Below, in pieces: positions 30,210-32,000 of a DNA stretch of 32,000 nt. The notes below the pieces were generated by a model that saw only the letters and a list, made by a program, of their open reading frames with translations, was not told the DNA's origin and did no database searches. Each line of letters starts with the position of its first letter. The first letter of the stretch is position 1. The translations under genes were made by a program, and so were the position numbers. Source of the stretch: an uncultured Chloroflexia bacterium (lineage in GTDB: Bacteria > Chloroflexota > Ktedonobacteria > Ktedonobacterales > JADMIN01); the NCBI GenBank assembly GCA_963718915.1, contig CAVRAI010000015.1:630001-662000 (forward strand), read 5' to 3'.

Positions 30210-32000
30210 ATGGCCGACTATCGTCAGCAGTCAGAGAATCCGCGCAAGCAACTTGCTCGCATTTTCAACACGACAGTCAGTGACAAGGAAGTCGGCTCCT
30301 GGCTCATCACTGAAGATTTTTTCTCCAGCGATGTTAGCGCACCACTCCGACCAGACTCTGCGGCGGTACGGGGACGCACACTCCGTGCGGTTGCATGGCA
30401 GTTGATCGAGGACCATAACCGCCAGTTTATCAAAGGGTCCACAAAATCAGTGTGCGCTAATGAGAAGTGCGCGCAATGGACGAAACTGCGCCAATGGCAT
30501 CTCATGGCGCTCCTCTATTCCTGGGATGATAACGCGGGTTTGCAGCGACCGAAGAGTATCAAAGAGCTTTACAATATTGGCAAGCGCGCAAAAGCGGAGC
30601 GCAAGCGGGTCCGCAACCCGGCAGGTAAACGACGGACGCCCGATGAGTCACTATTTGACGATCCTTTTGTGGGTCAAGGATACAGCGAGAGAACATATGG
30701 CAGCGCCAAGGCCGCCGTGTTCGACGCACTCTATGAGCATCTGTGCGATCCCGATGACCCGATCATCCGCAGAGCGCTGAGGGCGTTGGCGGGGACACCG
30801 CCTGCTTTGGTGGCAGTCCGCCAGGAGATAACCCTGCCCGCGTCCTCATCCTCATTGGATGTGGCGTCGCCAAGCCAGACATCTGCTTCACCACTGGAAA
30901 ACCTCGATCCAGCGCCAGCATATTCCGGCGATGTTCCGGCAATTCTCTACATAGACGAAACGACCATCCCAGGGCGGGATGCTACAACCCTGCCACGCAC
31001 GTTCCGCCCTCCCCGATTCATGCGGCAGTGGCGACTCTGGTTGCAAGTCATTGGCGCTATCGCTGTTCTCTTTGCCTGCCTCATCACCACAGGGGCGCCG
31101 CCATTCGTCAGTACCCTGACATGGAGAAGCGCAGAGTTGTCTGGTTGGCTGATAGCTCGTCAGGGGATAGCGCGCGAACCGCCGATCCTTGCGGTGGTAA
31201 GTTTACGCAGTGGCGACTGGCGTGCGCTCTGGCCACCTCAAAGTGTCATAGACGGGCAGACACAGGTCACTCAATTCTTGCCAGGAACCAACTCAGTTAC
31301 CGCGCCCGCATTCACAGCGAGGGGCAACCAGATTGCATTCGTTGCCAGGGATAACAATCAGGTTGCGGCCATTTATAAGGCGACGCTGGTGATAGGGTCG
31401 GATGGCTGGCCAACGATTGCCGGAACTGGTCCACAGAGGCTCGTGGAGTGTAACTGCGGCGCCGTGACATGGACACCCAGCGGGCAATGGCTTCTCTATA
31501 ACAGCCCTGGGGGATTGATGGCTGTCGCAAACGATGGCACACGCACACGCACCATCACCACCAATGGCCGAGATGGCTGGCCCGCCTGTTCACCGGATGG
31601 CCACTACCTCGCCTATCAACGCGATCAGCATGGCATTGTCGTGATCCCCACGATGGACTGCCTGCCCGATGCTCATTCCTCCGAGCAGATGCGCTTTCTC
31701 AATGGGTACACTCCGGCGTGGAACCCGTCATGGTCGCCGGATGGGCGATCATTGTCCTTTGTCTCCAATGCGGCAGGGCACAGCGCTGTATACGTCGTCC
31801 CGTTCACCAGTTTCGCGGATCATCTCCAGTATCTGGTTCGCGACTCCGCACAGGTAATAAGCAACTTCGGCTGCGGGAATCCCGTCTGGGCGCAACGAAT
31901 AGCCTCTGTTGGGATTAGCGTGCCTCCTGCCGTCGTCTTCGGCTGCGACCGCCCGACGTCCGATGAACATCATGGCACATTGGGCGTCAGTTCTGGTCTC
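30210..32000 (+). CDS. Single-pass membrane protein: cytoplasmic N-domain, TM helix, extracytoplasmic TolB-like (PD40) beta-propeller; 3' end outside window
   Basis: I found it by hand translation of the frame with codon starts at multiples of 3. That frame is open from before 30090 to the window edge, and the ORF is absent from the track because it has no stop. ATG 30210 (MADYRQQSENPRK...); TM WRLWLQVIGAIAVLFACLITTGA (about 31029-31097); repeats FTARGNQIAFVA, WTPSGQWLLYNS, CSPDGHYLAYQ, WSPDGRSLSFVS. Confidence 0.65.
   Translation, partial: MADYRQQSENPRKQLARIFNTTVSDKEVGSWLITEDFFSSDVSAPLRPDSAAVRGRTLRAVAWQLIEDHNRQFIKGSTKSVCANEKCAQWTKLRQWHLMALLYSWDDNAGLQRPKSIKELYNIGKRAKAERKRVRNPAGKRRTPDESLFDDPFVGQGYSERTYGSAKAAVFDALYEHLCDPDDPIIRRALRALAGTPPALVAVRQEITLPASSSSLDVASPSQTSASPLENLDPAPAYSGDVPAILYIDETTIPGRDATTLPRTFRPPRFMRQWRLWLQVIGAIAVLFACLITTGAPPFVSTLTWRSAELSGWLIARQGIAREPPILAVVSLRSGDWRALWPPQSVIDGQTQVTQFLPGTNSVTAPAFTARGNQIAFVARDNNQVAAIYKATLVIGSDGWPTIAGTGPQRLVECNCGAVTWTPSGQWLLYNSPGGLMAVANDGTRTRTITTNGRDGWPACSPDGHYLAYQRDQHGIVVIPTMDCLPDAHSSEQMRFLNGYTPAWNPSWSPDGRSLSFVSNAAGHSAVYVVPFTSFADHLQYLVRDSAQVISNFGCGNPVWAQRIASVGISVPPAVVFGCDRPTSDEHHGTLGVSSGL

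Noticed and set aside
1-32000. I looked for CRISPR arrays, rRNA, transposase or integrase genes, IS-type terminal inverted repeats and prophage genes
   Set aside because: I saw no regularly spaced 25-40-bp repeats, no rRNA-like conserved stretches, and no ORF with recombinase or transposase motifs (DDE, or the Tyr/Ser recombinase R-H-R-Y context).

Overview
A 32-kb chromosomal window from a high-G+C bacterium. The taxon cannot be fixed from sequence alone; the large HTH/P-loop/TPR regulators and gene content look like a soil Chloroflexota/Actinomycetota-type genome. I call about 30 protein-coding genes, one tRNA-Arg(CCG) and several short repeats or regulatory candidates. I see no rRNA, CRISPR, transposase or integrase. 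Left part (1-17.2 kb): DUF711 fragment, small membrane protein, MFS exporter, XRE-HTH/P-loop/TPR regulator, ABM-like protein, alpha/beta hydrolase, GNAT, ANT(6)-like nucleotidyltransferase, StyA-like flavin monooxygenase, P-loop/HTH regulator, membrane-fused GT2, PlsY-family protein and a secreted clan GH-A glycosidase. Centre (about 17.3-23.2 kb): a compositionally foreign low-G+C block beside tRNA-Arg with five co-directional genes. These are a PfkB/ribokinase-like protein with degenerate catalytic motifs, a guanylate-kinase-like protein, a LOG-family nucleotide N-glycosidase, a 123-aa unknown, and a TIR - P-loop NTPase - TIR protein. This is the most interesting element: a candidate TIR-based, nucleotide-centred defence cassette that matches no named system I know. 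Right part: ABC-2 exporter pair, CcdA, DUF2085, small membrane proteins, a second GNAT, and an edge-truncated membrane-anchored TolB-like beta-propeller gene missing from the supplied ORF track. Phased direct-repeat arrays also lie in promoter regions beside the two large regulators: GCCGAA x4 at 11 bp, TGACA x4 at 12 bp, and a 13-bp tandem. All domain calls come from motifs read by eye; no database search was possible.
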